A stretch of 64,000 nt of DNA, taken from IMG/VR virus record IMGVR_UViG_3300042866_001263; one strand, 5' to 3'. A program made the position numbers and the translations under genes. Below the pieces are notes generated by a model. The model saw only the letters and a list, made by a program, of their open reading frames with translations. It was not told the origin of the DNA and ran no database searches. This DNA is from a virus (lineage: Duplodnaviria > Caudoviricetes). Shown here piece by piece: positions 29,879 to 41,529 of this stretch (the first letter of the stretch is position 1; each line of letters opens with the position of its first letter).

Positions 29879-30322
29879 ATGACCACCACCTTCGCCCAGT
29901 TCGTTTCTGAGCAGACTGCCCGCAACACTCTTCAGATCAACGTTCTGAAGCACTGCTACATGCTCTGTGATGCTCTGGTTCAAAACTACCACGATTGTGC
30001 TATTCGTGGACACAAGCGTTATGTTGAGCAGGGTGAGAATGTTGAGTATCACACTGCCTGCATCGAGAAACTGAAGCAAGGCACTTCGCCCATCAATTAT
30101 GTGATCGAGAGCGGTAAAAAATACCACAAGATCATCATGATTGATGGTGGTAGCTCCCGCTCTGTCCATGCTTTCGTGGACAAAAAGACTGGTGAAGTGT
30201 ATAAATCCGCTTCCTGGAAGGCACCTGCTAAAGGTGTGCGCTACGATCTGCGCTTGATTGCTGATCGTGAGTGGTTGCTGGAGAATGCTGACTGGTCTGG
30301 CGGTTATCTCTACGCTCGCTGA
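29879..30322 (+). CDS. hypothetical protein (T4-like cyanophage type)
   Basis: GKKYHKI...SVHAFVDKKTGEVYKSASWKAPAKGVRY...ADWSGGYLY; start placed after promoter unit 6. Confidence 0.8.
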   Translation: MTTTFAQFVSEQTARNTLQINVLKHCYMLCDALVQNYHDCAIRGHKRYVEQGENVEYHTACIEKLKQGTSPINYVIESGKKYHKIIMIDGGSSRSVHAFVDKKTGEVYKSASWKAPAKGVRYDLRLIADREWLLENADWSGGYLYAR

Positions 30323-30325
30323 TGC

Positions 30326-31661
30326 TTGACATCCGCTCTCAGTCCTGCTAAATTACCTACAGAGTTCGTTTCTGCCATGCATTACATCGTTACCAACGAC
30401 AACGCCTACGCTATCGATCATCCCAAAGATGCCATTTATGGTGCTCCTGTGCTCGAAGATGGCACTATTGATTGGGAAGGATCATATGATATTGCGTGGG
30501 ACAATCTTGAAGATGAAGAGCGTGAGTATGTAGCTCACATTGCCTATCACCTTCAAGAGATCGCTAAACTATCTGAAGAGCACCTGGAGGTCTTTATCAA
30601 ATGAAATACAATCCACTGGTTGAATACATCCAGACGCTGGTAGAACCATTCCCCAATCGCTATACGATGGGTGAGTATAGTATCAGTGTGGTTCCTCGTC
30701 AAGATCTGACCTATGAGGAAACCGCCAAGTACTGGCGTGTATTCAGTAAATTTCCTAATGAGTTCGCCGCCGCCCTTGCCAGGTCGCTCCCTCATGATGT
30801 AGAATTCAAGTCTTACGATCACCTCCAGAACAAACTTACTCTTTTCAAAAAATGAACAACGAAGACTGCCTGCGGATTTCCCAGTATCGTGATGACATCT
30901 ACGAGTGGGCATGTGTTCGCTTTAAGCAACTGATTACTGAAGATCGGGTTGATGATGCGTTGGCATTTGCTGACGAGTTCTTTGAATGGTTGGATCCTGA
31001 ACAACTAGATAACGAAGTTACGTTATTCTATGACGCTGATGAACTCGGACAACTCTATCAATCCATTAGATCCTGATCTCAGGTCTCTCATACTGGATTA
31101 TATTACAGCATACAACAACGACAATTTCGCTCTAGCTGAGAGCATCCTACACAACATCAGACAAAAGAGGGAAGCAGATGGAAGTGACGCTTGAATTGGG
31201 ACCAGACATACAACTAGAATATGAGAGCTGGTTAGCAGTCAAAGAAAGTCTAGGCATCGAGCGTAGCATCAACAACTTCCTGTACTACACTTACAACTTC
31301 GGTACATTCGCAAATCCCAAGAACCCTGACGAAAATGAACTTTCCTAAATTCAAGACACCCGAAGACGAAACACTGTATTACAATATCTTTGAAGATAAT
31401 CTTACCACATACAAGTTTATGTTGGATAAGGTGAGGGAAGAACTGTATGGCAAGGGGAATGGTAACTACTCTAATCTCCCTGGATCGTGCTTTGAAGTTC
31501 TGAATGATATCACACGATCTCTGATTTATCAGACATCTGATGCCTTCAAGGATGAAAAACCAGAATACAAAGATGAAATTGATGAGGTGTTCATTCCTCA
31601 TCGTGATCTGAAAACAGCGATCAAAGAAGCACTAGTAGAAGTAGAAACTATTAATGCTTGA
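30326..31661 (+). other. array of small hypothetical ORFs (30326-30604, 30601-30855, 30852-31076, two <60-aa ORFs, 31335-31661)
   Basis: Coupled + strand ORFs; TTGACA-17-TAAATT promoter at about 30327-30355. Confidence 0.65.
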
Positions 31662-31744
31662 GTTTCTAATTATTTCAGCAGCTGTGGGTTGGGCACTATT
31701 TGCATTATACTCACCTGTGTTCAACCACCTCGACACTATTGAAC

Positions 31745-32059
31745 ATGACAATCTCCGTAATCGAAAACACTGATGGCACCTTCACGATCGACTGGGACAA
31801 AGAAGACCCCAAAGAAAGCATCCTTAACGACTGGACAGAAGAAGACTTCATCGAGTGTGTCCGCTCGCACTGCGAAAAAGTTATCGCAGAATCTGACGAC
31901 CCTGACAACGAAGAAGTCTCCATCGAAGACATCATCGAAAACGCCATCAACCAGCGCCAAGAAGTCGCCACAGAAGGCGAGCAAGGTAGCGAAAACACCA
32001 GTCAAATCGACACGAAAGACGAAGAATACGAAGTCACAGGAGCTCGTATATTCTTCTGA
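31745..32059 (+). CDS. acidic hypothetical protein
   Basis: MTISVIENTDGTFTIDWDKEDPKESILNDWTEEDF...; very D/E-rich with a protein-like aromatic pattern. Confidence 0.6.
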   Translation: MTISVIENTDGTFTIDWDKEDPKESILNDWTEEDFIECVRSHCEKVIAESDDPDNEEVSIEDIIENAINQRQEVATEGEQGSENTSQIDTKDEEYEVTGARIFF

Positions 32060-32210
32060 TCTAGCACTCTTTCCATATGTCGATATGTTCCCATATCGTC
32101 TAGAAGATACAAGCGAAAAGAAAACCTGCTATTTCCAATGTGAAGACCATGCCCGAAAATACATCACTCGATACAATCCAGAATACAGACTATACTGTTA
32201 TACTCGATGA
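31773..32210 (+). CDS. Lys/Ser/Thr-rich (histone H1-like) N-terminus fused to a FPYRLED...CYFQCEDH domain
   Basis: 145-aa ORF overlapping the acidic ORF in another frame; the C-terminal ~50 aa look globular. Confidence 0.6.
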   Translation: MAPSRSTGTKKTPKKASLTTGQKKTSSSVSARTAKKLSQNLTTLTTKKSPSKTSSKTPSTSAKKSPQKASKVAKTPVKSTRKTKNTKSQELVYSSDLALFPYVDMFPYRLEDTSEKKTCYFQCEDHARKYITRYNPEYRLYCYTR

Positions 32211-32355
32211 GGATGACAATGGTGACTTGTTCATGCCTATTCCAGCAGACTTCCTCGATGAACTTGGTTGGCAAGAGGATGACTTGTTGGAATGGATTGT
32301 CGAAGATGACCAAATTGTACTACGTAAGGTAGAAGACGATGAAAACTGTGTATGA
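32149..32355 (+). CDS. AbrB/MazE (SpoVT)-like small DNA-binding protein
   Basis: GDLFMPIPADFLDELGWQEDDLLEWIVEDDQIVLRKV fits the swapped-hairpin pattern. Confidence 0.7.
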   Translation: MPENTSLDTIQNTDYTVILDEDDNGDLFMPIPADFLDELGWQEDDLLEWIVEDDQIVLRKVEDDENCV

Positions 32356-34866
32356 GAGCCCCGACAGGGGACAGACCATCCGTGAGCGCCCCTTCCGTCA
32401 ACCAATTGGGCAAGTGAAGTCGAATTGGTACTATGTGTTCTGGGGCATTATGGCAGCCGCTGTATGTGGTGGACAATTGTATGTTGGACTTGGGTATCGT
32501 GAGATGGCAAAAGCATCTAAAGCGATGGAAATTTCTGTTGCTTGCGTCACGCCATATGACACGCCCCAGCAACAGGATATGCGTGTAAGTAGAACCAAAC
32601 CATTTGAATAATTATCATGGGCATGTTCGATTACTTTAGATCATCCTATGATCTAGGACCAGAACTCACAAATGTAGAGTGTCAAACCAAAGATATTGAG
32701 GATGGTATTGGTGGCACCATGACAGCATATTGGTTAGATCCTGCTGGTCAATTGTGGTATCCAACTTACGTCGGTACTCATATATTTGAGACTATCAAAC
32801 AGGATGATCCTAGGTATGATCCCGAACGTGGTTTCTTGAACTACGAATGGATACCAACTGGTGCTCATGGTAGATATCAACCATGCATGATCACCAAATA
32901 TGTTGAAGTCTATACATCAACATGGGGTGGTGAGTGGGAAGACTGGCCCCGTGCTATAATACACTTCAAATATGGCAAAGTAATGGACTATGAACTATTC
33001 AAGCGCAAAACTAGATCTGTTTAGATACACATACTCAGAAGACTTTGGTGATACGTGGTATTTCCAACTATTGAATTTCAATAAGCACTTCCCTGTACCT
33101 ATCAAGAGACGATCATTCCTACAGTGGTCATTCTCCTGGTCTGATTATCCTAGTTGGCCATACATGCAGATCACATCTGGTAGTAGTGGTGTGCTGAGTT
33201 TCATGTTCTGGGTGTATAAATTTGGATTTGACATAGACCTTTTCTCTTATACATGGAAGATGAGTAGTCTACCTGGGACATCACGATAATGGCGTACAGT
33301 ACAGCAAAAACAAAAACTACTCTGAACTGGTGGGAATATTGGATTGGTCATTGCTGGATGACAGGATGGCAGAGTATGCGAATGACATTTCGCATATGGG
33401 CTGACTTAATGACATTCAACTATGATCACTATGCTCTACCTAGAACAGTAGAAGATCCAGAAACAGAGTGTATAGAATGGTTCTGGGCATCACTCAACGA
33501 GGATGATGTTTACCCAAAAGAATTCCTAGAATATCTACTGCAGATGGTAGAAGATATTGAGCTAGGTAAAGTAGAAACTTATTCAATTGATGAACTAATG
33601 GAGGATTTGCGCCATGATGGAGAACCCGAAACCGATACCTGATAAGAATCACCTAGACATCATGTGGACGGTGGCAACGAGTGGCAGTTTAGAAACTGGC
33701 ATACGACCCCACTACGGGTTCGCTCAGTTGCTGTATGATTACCTCATAGACAAAAAGTTCCCTGATGACTACTATCCGAGAAAAACGAGCACTGCTGAAG
33801 AAACTTGAGACAGCATACAATACATGCTTTGATTGTGGTCAGAAATATGGCGTGTATTCTGTAGGTTGTTCATCTGTGTATGAAGCAAAGTGTGATGTCT
33901 GTGGTGAAACTAAACGTATCACAGAGACACGAGACTTTGCTTACTTTATTACTGGTATCCGCAAACTCAAACTTGAGATCAAAAATGAGAAAGGTAACAG
34001 TCAAACCCAAAAGCAGCAAGGCGAAGAACCGTCTAGCTAACATTATGGACAATAACCCCATCTGTATTGTAGAGCAAGATACTGGTGGTGAGTTGTTCTT
34101 AGCATCAGAAAATCGCAAATACTTTTTCTGGGTTAGTACTCGTAGTGGTACTAATCGTTTCGGTGACAAATCTGACGCACACTGGGAGGTGATTGAATGA
34201 AACCCAAATTCCGTCCAGTATTGGAGATGGCAATTGAAGAAGGCGTTAGATTTGGTTGGAACCGTGCTCATAAACACAATCCTGAACCAGATGTAGATGC
34301 TGCTGCTGATGCTATAGTAAATGAGATCATGAATTCACTTGATACTTGGTTCAACATGGAGGATTTTGAATGAGTTTTACTAAGACTGTTTCTGTGTTTG
34401 CTGCTCTCGCTAGTATCTTTGCTGCTGGTGCTGCTGGTTGGAAACTAGCAGACAGTCAAAACCAAGTTCCTTTGACGCCATTAGATCAAAAGGTGATGGA
34501 ACTGGAAAAGAAACTCGAAGAAGCACAAAAATCTCAAGTTGCTCCACAACCAGTTAGTCTCCCAGCAGCTCCAGCACCTGTAGTTCAAACAGCACCACAA
34601 CCTGCTACACTACCTCCAGTAGCACCACCTCCACCTGTTCCTCCACAACCATGACTTTGATTGATACTCTCGAATACTTCATCGATGATACCAGGGCACG
34701 TCTATCTGACATAGAATGGGAAATCCGTGAAGAGACAAACTATGATGATGAGGGGCATGATCTGCGTATGCTTGACTTCTGCGAACAGTATGATGAAATT
34801 GATGAGCGACTACAAGATCTAGAAAAGATCAAATCTATTATTGAAATTATGGAGATTGAAGAATGA
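32339..34866 (+). other. array of small hypothetical ORFs (32339-32611, 32617-33024, 32990-33289, 33289-33642, 33614-33808, 33765-34040 with CxxC pairs, 33985-34200, 34197-34372, 34370-34654, 34651-34866)
   Basis: Tightly coupled + strand ORFs; 34370-34654 has a signal/TM segment and a Pro-rich tail. Confidence 0.7.
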
Positions 34867-35270
34867 AACAACAAAATGGATTTATTGACCCCGTTATTGT
34901 TCTGATCGTTGGTGGGGTTGTTGGTATTGGTCTTCTGCTGTTTATTGGTGGTCCTCAATACAATGTTTGGCAACAATCGCTAGCTGGTAAAGCAGAACTA
35001 CAGAAAGCAGAATACACTCGTCAAGTAGCGGTGTTGGAAGCACAAGCAAAGAAAGATAGTGCTCAACAACTTGCTGATGCTGAAATCATCCGTGCTACTG
35101 GTGTTGCCAAAGCAAACCAGATCATCGGTGACAGTCTGAAAGACAACCGTGAGTATCTTCAATATCTGTATATCACTGGTCTGGAAGATGGTAGTAAGAA
35201 TGGTAACGTGACGATCTATGTGCCTACCGAGGGTGGGATGCCTGTTCCGACTTTACAAATGAACAAGTGA
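34863..35270 (+). CDS. membrane protein with SPFH/band-7-like coiled-coil C-terminus
   Basis: N-terminal TM helix; AEAQAKKD...AEIIRATGVAKANQIIGDSL...YLQYLYI resembles the prohibitin/HflC tail. Confidence 0.6.
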   Translation: MKQQNGFIDPVIVLIVGGVVGIGLLLFIGGPQYNVWQQSLAGKAELQKAEYTRQVAVLEAQAKKDSAQQLADAEIIRATGVAKANQIIGDSLKDNREYLQYLYITGLEDGSKNGNVTIYVPTEGGMPVPTLQMNK

Positions 35271-35324
35271 CACTTTGATAACTGGCACAGGGTCCGTCAC
35301 GGGCTCTGTGCTTTGCCCTATAAT
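35267..35324 (+). promoter_or_regulatory. early promoter unit 7
   Basis: GTGACACTT-tgat-AACTGGCAC, 30 nt, TATAAT. Confidence 0.8.
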
Positions 35325-35347
35325 AACTTCATAAGCAACCGAGGCAA

Positions 35348-38102
35348 ATGACCGTCATTTCTCGCCAACACTGGGACACACTCTATACGATGCTGTATGA
35401 TGCGTATGAAGAGTGTAGCAAAAACCAGAATGAAACTTACCGACATATGATCGGTCAAGTTCTCGATCACATGATTTACAACGAAAAGCACTTGGTTATC
35501 AAATGACTTCTAACAACACTTCTACTCGTTCTGGTATGGGTTTCACTAGTTGGCTCACCATTCTGTTTATTGCTCTCAAACTTACTGGTCAGATTACTTG
35601 GCCGTGGGTGTGGGTATTGTCTCCTATTTGGATCAGTGGTCTGATTGTTTTTGCTCTCTTTATTATTCTTCTTGCTATTGCTATCATCAACGAGGTGCGT
35701 AAATGAGCGGCGTTAATTATGTTTGTATCATCGATGGTCTGCTAGAGTTTGCTAGCACCACTGCCAGAGATTTCGCACATTATCTGATGATGTATGAGGA
35801 TGAGATCTTTGAGGCGGAACACACTGGAGCATTTGTTCAGATGCTGTCTCTAACTGATGCGGAGTTTGAAGCTATGTTCCCTGTAGAAGATGATGAACTG
35901 GAGGAAGAAGAATGAGCGGCGGACACTTCAACGATTGCGGTTACGATTACTACAAGGTAGCACAGTTTGCTGATGAACTTGAAGCAGAAGTATGTAACAA
36001 CTTTGAGCAAGATGAGTATGGTTTTGCTCACGAATATTCACCAGAAGTTTGTGAGTATCTGTTAGAGCAGGTTACCAAGATGCGTAAGATGGCAGAGATT
36101 ATGAGGCATATTGATTATCTGTATAGTGGTGATCATGGTGAGGATAGTTTTATGGATCGTGTGAAAGAAGTGGAGGCTAAGTATGAAATTTGAAGGAATT
36201 GATTGGGCAGTTTTGTCTGTATTTTTTATTGCAATCGTTGCTGGTGCTATCATCAGCTATGATGCCCAACAACAACGAGTATTATTCCAACAAACATACA
36301 ATAAGAACTTAGAGTGTCGTCAAGCACTCAAAGACCAAACAGTAGGACGAGTGAATGAGATTTGTGGCGATGTTCCTGCTATTGGAGCTTTTGTGAAATG
36401 ATTGAACTTCGTATCGTTGAGAACGAAATGGGAATGAGGCCAGACATTCAGTATCGTTATCATCAGTTTGGATTTAATGCGAGTGGAGCATTATGCCCAT
36501 TAGCACCCGAATTTATTTGGAGTGAATGGAAAACTGCCGAATGGGTAACAGCAGAGGATATTGAAAATGATTAAAATTCAAAAAACTTACTATCTTGCAC
36601 TCACAGAGCAACAAGCAAAAGAACTCTACGAACTTCTAAGATTTGCGAATGAAGGTTCTTATTTAACTCACGATAAAGAACTGATGCTTGTTTATCACGA
36701 ACTCAAAAACCTCTTTGATATTGGAATCCGATGAAAAACTATCGTATTGTCAAAAAAACCAAAGGAGACCGCACAAGGTATTATCCACAGGTGAAGTTTC
36801 TGTTTTGGTGGTATAATCCATTCAAGAATGAATATTATGATGGGGGGTTATTATCTCTGGAAGAAGCACAAGTGGAACTTTGTGAGTATATACGGAAAAC
36901 TACGGTAGAATTTATTGACTTTGACCCAAAGAGGGATTGTAAATGACTGAAAGGTTAAATCACAAACTTGATGTAAGCAAACTCAAAACCATCAAAGATA
37001 TAAAGAATGTCTTTGAGTGTATGAATTTGTATGCTTCTGCTGAAGAAGACAACGAACAGTATGAACTTCTCAAAGAATACTTTACGATCCCAAACGAGCC
37101 ACAAGAAATCAAATTTGAATTGCCACGTAAGTCATTAGAAGAAATCTCACAGGAATTTGATGAGAAGATTGATAAACAGATTGAAGATGTAGAGTATAAG
37201 TTCGCACAACTCAAATATTATCAAGAGTATCAGTTTAGTAAAAAGATTACCAGGATTATTGAGGATATTGAGTATGCGAAGGAACACGGACAATTCCCAG
37301 TCAGACTTACAGTAGGTAAGTTAGATTGTTCTACTCTTGGTGTGAGCAGTGCTGTAGATTGGACTACAGAGTTTAGAATTGGTAAAGATGAGGTAGGATA
37401 CTGGGATATCAAACCAAACATCAAAGTGTATCTGAAAAAGAAACCAAATCGTGTTGTGAGATATTTTACTAAATTACTTCTTGATTTTACTTGGAAAGAC
37501 AAATGACTAAACTATCAGCAGCAGACCTTATGGTAATTCATAACACTCTTTATAAAAGTTTGAGTGTCGTTGGAAATAGTATTTGGACACAAGAAACCAG
37601 AGAAAGAGTTATGGATAAGGTGTCTATTATTATGGAACAAATGAAAGCAGAAGTTGTCTGTGGTGATGTAGAACCTATTGTAGTGAGTGGAGATTTGGGA
37701 GGATGACCGAAGAAAAACTCACACTTCTCCTCAAGGTTCTCAAAGAAGTAGCAGAGGTAAAACACTGCTATGAAGGTCTATTTGGAGATGATTATACTCC
37801 AAGTGCTGGTAATTATGATGATGCCTTTGAAGATGGTTGTGCTTATGGTGAGATTACCTTTGCCCGCACTATGTTAGAATGTATTGGTGAAAAGTTTGAA
37901 TACCCTTGTATGAAAGAAAATGACTGAACGAGTAAAATTCAAAAGTATCACACGAGTGATTGGTCCCAGGAGTGGTATTCATTATTTGGATGCTATTGAT
38001 GAGAATGGAATGCACTGGGTTGCACAAATGGAAACTGGTGTAGAGCCATGGATTACATATAAGGAGACATGGAAGAAAGACCCCCAGCAACCGTATGACT
38101 AA
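35348..38102 (+). other. array of about 12 small coupled hypothetical ORFs (e.g. 35503-35706 membrane, 35703-35915, 35912-36193, 36183-36401, 36731-36946, 36943-37506, 37703-37927, 37920-38102)
   Basis: ATGA-type overlaps throughout, single strand, no internal palindrome promoter seen. Confidence 0.7.
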
Positions 38103-38913
38103 CCAACAAATCGATTTCAACCAAATTAAAGATCTGTTCTCTGATCAAGAGTGGGATGCTGCTTATCTGTCTGCTGAACACTTGCAAAGGTCTTCTAGTG
38201 CTCCAATCAAGGTTAAAATGCATGTCTTTGGTCATGATATGACGAATGCCATTCATGCCAAAGCTTTGAATGGTATTATTCTGGCAAAGTATTCGACGGA
38301 ATCAAATGATTATTCTCTGTATCGAGAATCATATGAGAAGTTGTTAACTCTCTTTGATAAGGAAGATTTTGCACCAGTGTATGTGAACTTCAAAGAAGCT
38401 TCCATTCTGTCTGGTTTTGGTGTGAGAGCAAAGAACTCATTGGTTTACAATCGTAAGTTTGGTTTTCAATGTAAGTTTTGTGCCTATATCTTCAGGGATG
38501 AAATTGCCAATCATGATGATCTAAAACCACAAAAGGGAATGTTGGATCTATGTGATGGTTGTGAGGATTGTATTCGAAACTGCCCCGTGAATGCCATTCA
38601 TGAGGATTGGATTGATGGCGCAAAGTGTGACAATTTCATTGGATATGGTAATGATCCAAGTGTGTCATCCTTGAAGTGGTTTTGGTATGAAAAGATGAGA
38701 CCACGGAACATTTCTAAGGATGAAGTGTATGAATGGAATTCTCATGCAACTCATGGTAAAAACATCGTATGGGGTAAAGGTATTGATGGTTCCTATGAGC
38801 TAACCATGGAAGGATTGATGAGGGATGGAAATCCAGTTAAGATCCCACACTGTAGGAACTGTCAAGAACAACCAAAGTGTAGTAAGGCACCATTTATTGA
38901 TGACCAATCATGA
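38095..38913 (+). CDS. 4Fe-4S double-cluster protein, epoxyqueuosine reductase (QueG)/reductive dehalogenase-like
   Basis: CDGCEDCIRNCPVNAI...IDGAKC and CRNCQEQPKC motifs, preceded by KEASILSGFGVRAKNSLV, similar to the QueG K-x-x-A-x-x-AGLG-x-x-GKN segment. Confidence 0.7.
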   Translation: MTNQQIDFNQIKDLFSDQEWDAAYLSAEHLQRSSSAPIKVKMHVFGHDMTNAIHAKALNGIILAKYSTESNDYSLYRESYEKLLTLFDKEDFAPVYVNFKEASILSGFGVRAKNSLVYNRKFGFQCKFCAYIFRDEIANHDDLKPQKGMLDLCDGCEDCIRNCPVNAIHEDWIDGAKCDNFIGYGNDPSVSSLKWFWYEKMRPRNISKDEVYEWNSHATHGKNIVWGKGIDGSYELTMEGLMRDGNPVKIPHCRNCQEQPKCSKAPFIDDQS

Positions 38914-40452
38914 CTGAACAACAAATTGATCTGTTACGCACTCTCATACAAGCGGAGATTGAATATGCTATCCAGAATGAAAACGACTATCGGTTTGCTT
39001 TTGAACAGGATAAAGCAAATGACCAGGCATGGGAAACATTCAAACGAACTTTCAGAGGAGGAAATCTGGAAGACTATGTGGGAGAATGCTGAAAAGATCT
39101 ATCTCCCAAAGGAAGATTATGATAGACTGGTAGAACGAATTAACCAACCACCCACACCAGAACAAATCGAGAGTATCAGGAAACTTATGCAACGTAAAGC
39201 ACCATGGGACTGAATGATGATATGCCGTGGGTCAATCTCACTCAAGAAGAAGTTGATGAACTCCGCACAAAGAAGTATGAACTCACGGAATACGGTAAAC
39301 ACCGCATACAACAACTGATGAACAATCAAGAACCATACCCTGATGCCATGTTTGAAGAAGCTGAGCGTAGGGAAAAGAGCAATCGTGTTCTACAACGCTA
39401 CAATGATTACTACAATATGGAATGTGCCAGTTTGCCTCATGGCACACCCATTACACCAGAACATCAACAAATGATTACTCTACAGTGTATGATTGATGCC
39501 ATACGCTGTGAATATCTCAATCAAGAATATAATCATATCGCTATCACTGATATTGAAGATCTGATCGAACAATTAGATCATCAAGCAACTAAGTTTCTAG
39601 AACGAGTGAGACAAAATGACTGATAAAGAACTGTACAATCCAGATGAATTCCTACTGGACAATATCAAGAGCTATCACTATGAGGTAATGGATGAAGGTG
39701 AACATGTATGGATGGCATTTTACTTTAATAACGGTAATACAGGACACTTGAATATTTTTCTCAATAATGGTAAAATCAATACACGTTATGAAGAATGGGA
39801 TGAAGAAACAACATGATCTTAATTACGTATGCAATTGGTGTCATGGCAGGATCTGTTCTAATTAATTACTTACTCATGAAATATACGGATGATGATGATG
39901 ACACTTAGAGCACAAACATTAATGCAAGAAGTATGGAATGAACGTAACACATGGGCAGATACAGAAAATAAACTTGTTGCAGCAATCATTCGTAAGATGA
40001 TCTCTCATGCTAAAACATACACAGCATCAACAATGAATGATCTACAAGTGATTGATAAGAATGATCTTATCACACTGTCAAAAGAACTAGAACAACTCAA
40101 ATGACATTCACTCAAACATCTAATCAACCATACGATAGACACAAGTATAAACTCTATCTAACAAATGGTAAGGTAGAACAGTATGAATGGTATGATGAAC
40201 TAATAGCACGATGGATACAAACACCATCACAGTTCCTATCACATGTAGAAGTCATAGATAGAAAGAAAAAACGATAGGATGATTGACGAGAATACACCCT
40301 ACAAACTAGCAGAAATCATACGAGATACATGGCCTCAATTATATCATCTGAAGAGAGATGATATTGATAATCAACAAGGTTTTCAAGGTGCTTCCGCTCC
40401 AGTCATAGCAAGGGTTCTCAATAAGAAAGGTCTTATTGATAATCAACAATAA
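38910..40452 (+). other. small hypothetical ORFs (38910-39092, 39204-39623, 39616-39816, 39889-40104, 40101-40277, 40279-40452 and others)
   Basis: Coupled + strand ORFs from the track and hand translation. Confidence 0.6.
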
Positions 40453-40581
40453 GAAATGGTTAAAAAAATATAGTATATCCGAGTGATACAGAGGTATTGA
40501 TCTGTATCGTTCGGTAACGTTCGAGAAGGTGCGGAGTGGTTGTTGGCTTAGCGTGTAACCTATCGAAAGTCAAGTTCAGGT

Positions 40582-40639
40582 GTGCCAGTACTCAAAGTGT
40601 CACAAAACCCCTCTGAGGACCTCCCAGATGCCTTATACT
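40582..40639 (+). promoter_or_regulatory. early promoter unit 8
   Basis: GTGCCAGTA-ctca-AAGTGTCAC, 30 nt, TATACT. Confidence 0.75.
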
Positions 40640-40665
40640 ACCTAGGTAATCGAGAGACATCCCAA

Positions 40666-40833
40666 ATGCTCACCACCACTGAGGTTATTGAGAAACCCCT
40701 GACCCCTCAGCAGAAGATTGCCCTGGACAATCAGCAAGTCTGTGAGGCATTCGTAGAAGCTCTTAAGGCAGGTGATAAGAAGACTGCTACCGAGTATGCT
40801 AAAGTGATCATGTTGAAGGCGATGTCCCTCTGA
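40666..40833 (+). CDS. small hypothetical protein (MLTTTEVIEKPL...)
   Basis: Start placed downstream of promoter unit 8, inside track ORF 40582-40833. Confidence 0.65.
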   Translation: MLTTTEVIEKPLTPQQKIALDNQQVCEAFVEALKAGDKKTATEYAKVIMLKAMSL

Positions 40834-40835
40834 AG

Positions 40836-41016
40836 TTTTCCACAACCTGTGGAAACTGTGGAAAACTCATTTATTGAGATTCTCAATAATCTTAAAATAT
40901 TGAAAATCCTAATATTTGAGTTTTTTGAGTTTTTCGAAAATCTTAAAAACTTAACTTTTTAGTTTTTTAAGATTTCTTGTTTTTCTTACCATTTAAACTT
41001 TAATCACACACACAAA
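40836..41016. other. non-coding AT-rich region with TTTTCCACA/TGTGGAAA boxes and a 19-bp palindrome; possible replication origin
   Basis: TTTTCCACA 40836-44, TGTGGAAAC 40848-56, TGTGGAAAA 40857-65, TTATTGAGA-T-TCTCAATAA 40871-89, then A/T tracts. Confidence 0.4.
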
Positions 41017-41265
41017 ATGAACAAATCCTTCAATAATCTTCAGAGTTCAGCTATTAACTCTATTGAAGTAGTTGATAGTACAGTTAAAGTAGTGTATAAT
41101 AGTAATGTAGACAAAGAATATACATTTAACTGTGAAAATGTAGAAGAATTTGTAGAAGAATTGTCTAAAGAATTGATCAGTATTGAATTAGAAGATAATA
41201 AAGGATCTGTTGGTCGTTTTATCAACAAACAGATCAAAGATCAAGTCCTAGTTCAATCTAAATAA
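41017..41265 (+). CDS. KTSC-like small protein
   Basis: QSSAINSIEV...KVVYNSN...EYTF...SVGRFINKQIK follows the KTSC pattern. Confidence 0.55.
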   Translation: MNKSFNNLQSSAINSIEVVDSTVKVVYNSNVDKEYTFNCENVEEFVEELSKELISIELEDNKGSVGRFINKQIKDQVLVQSK

Positions 41266-41299
41266 TCACACACTGTTTGAGTAACTAAACCCCAAGACA

Positions 41300-41461
41300 A
41301 TGAGCAACAAGAATTACCGTTCGAATAGCAACGATAAGTTTAAACAATTCGACGATGAATTTGAAGACTACGGCTACGATGTAAAGAATGTACGTAGGCA
41401 GTCTAAAAAGAAAGTTACCAAATTTAAGACCAAAGATGATTGGTATGAGGACAGTTTCTGA
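41300..41461 (+). CDS. small charged hypothetical protein (53 aa)
   Basis: Hand-translated MSNKNYRSNSNDKF...EDSF; CTAAATA just upstream. Confidence 0.6.
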   Translation: MSNKNYRSNSNDKFKQFDDEFEDYGYDVKNVRRQSKKKVTKFKTKDDWYEDSF

Positions 41462-41505
41462 AGTGGCACACTAACACCCCCAGACCCTCCCTGATGATGT
41501 ATTGT
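41448..41505 (+). promoter_or_regulatory. early promoter unit 9
   Basis: AGGACAGTT-tctg-AAGTGGCAC, 30 nt, TATTGT. Confidence 0.7.
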
Positions 41506-41529
41506 TAACAAGTCGTCAGGGATTGCCCC

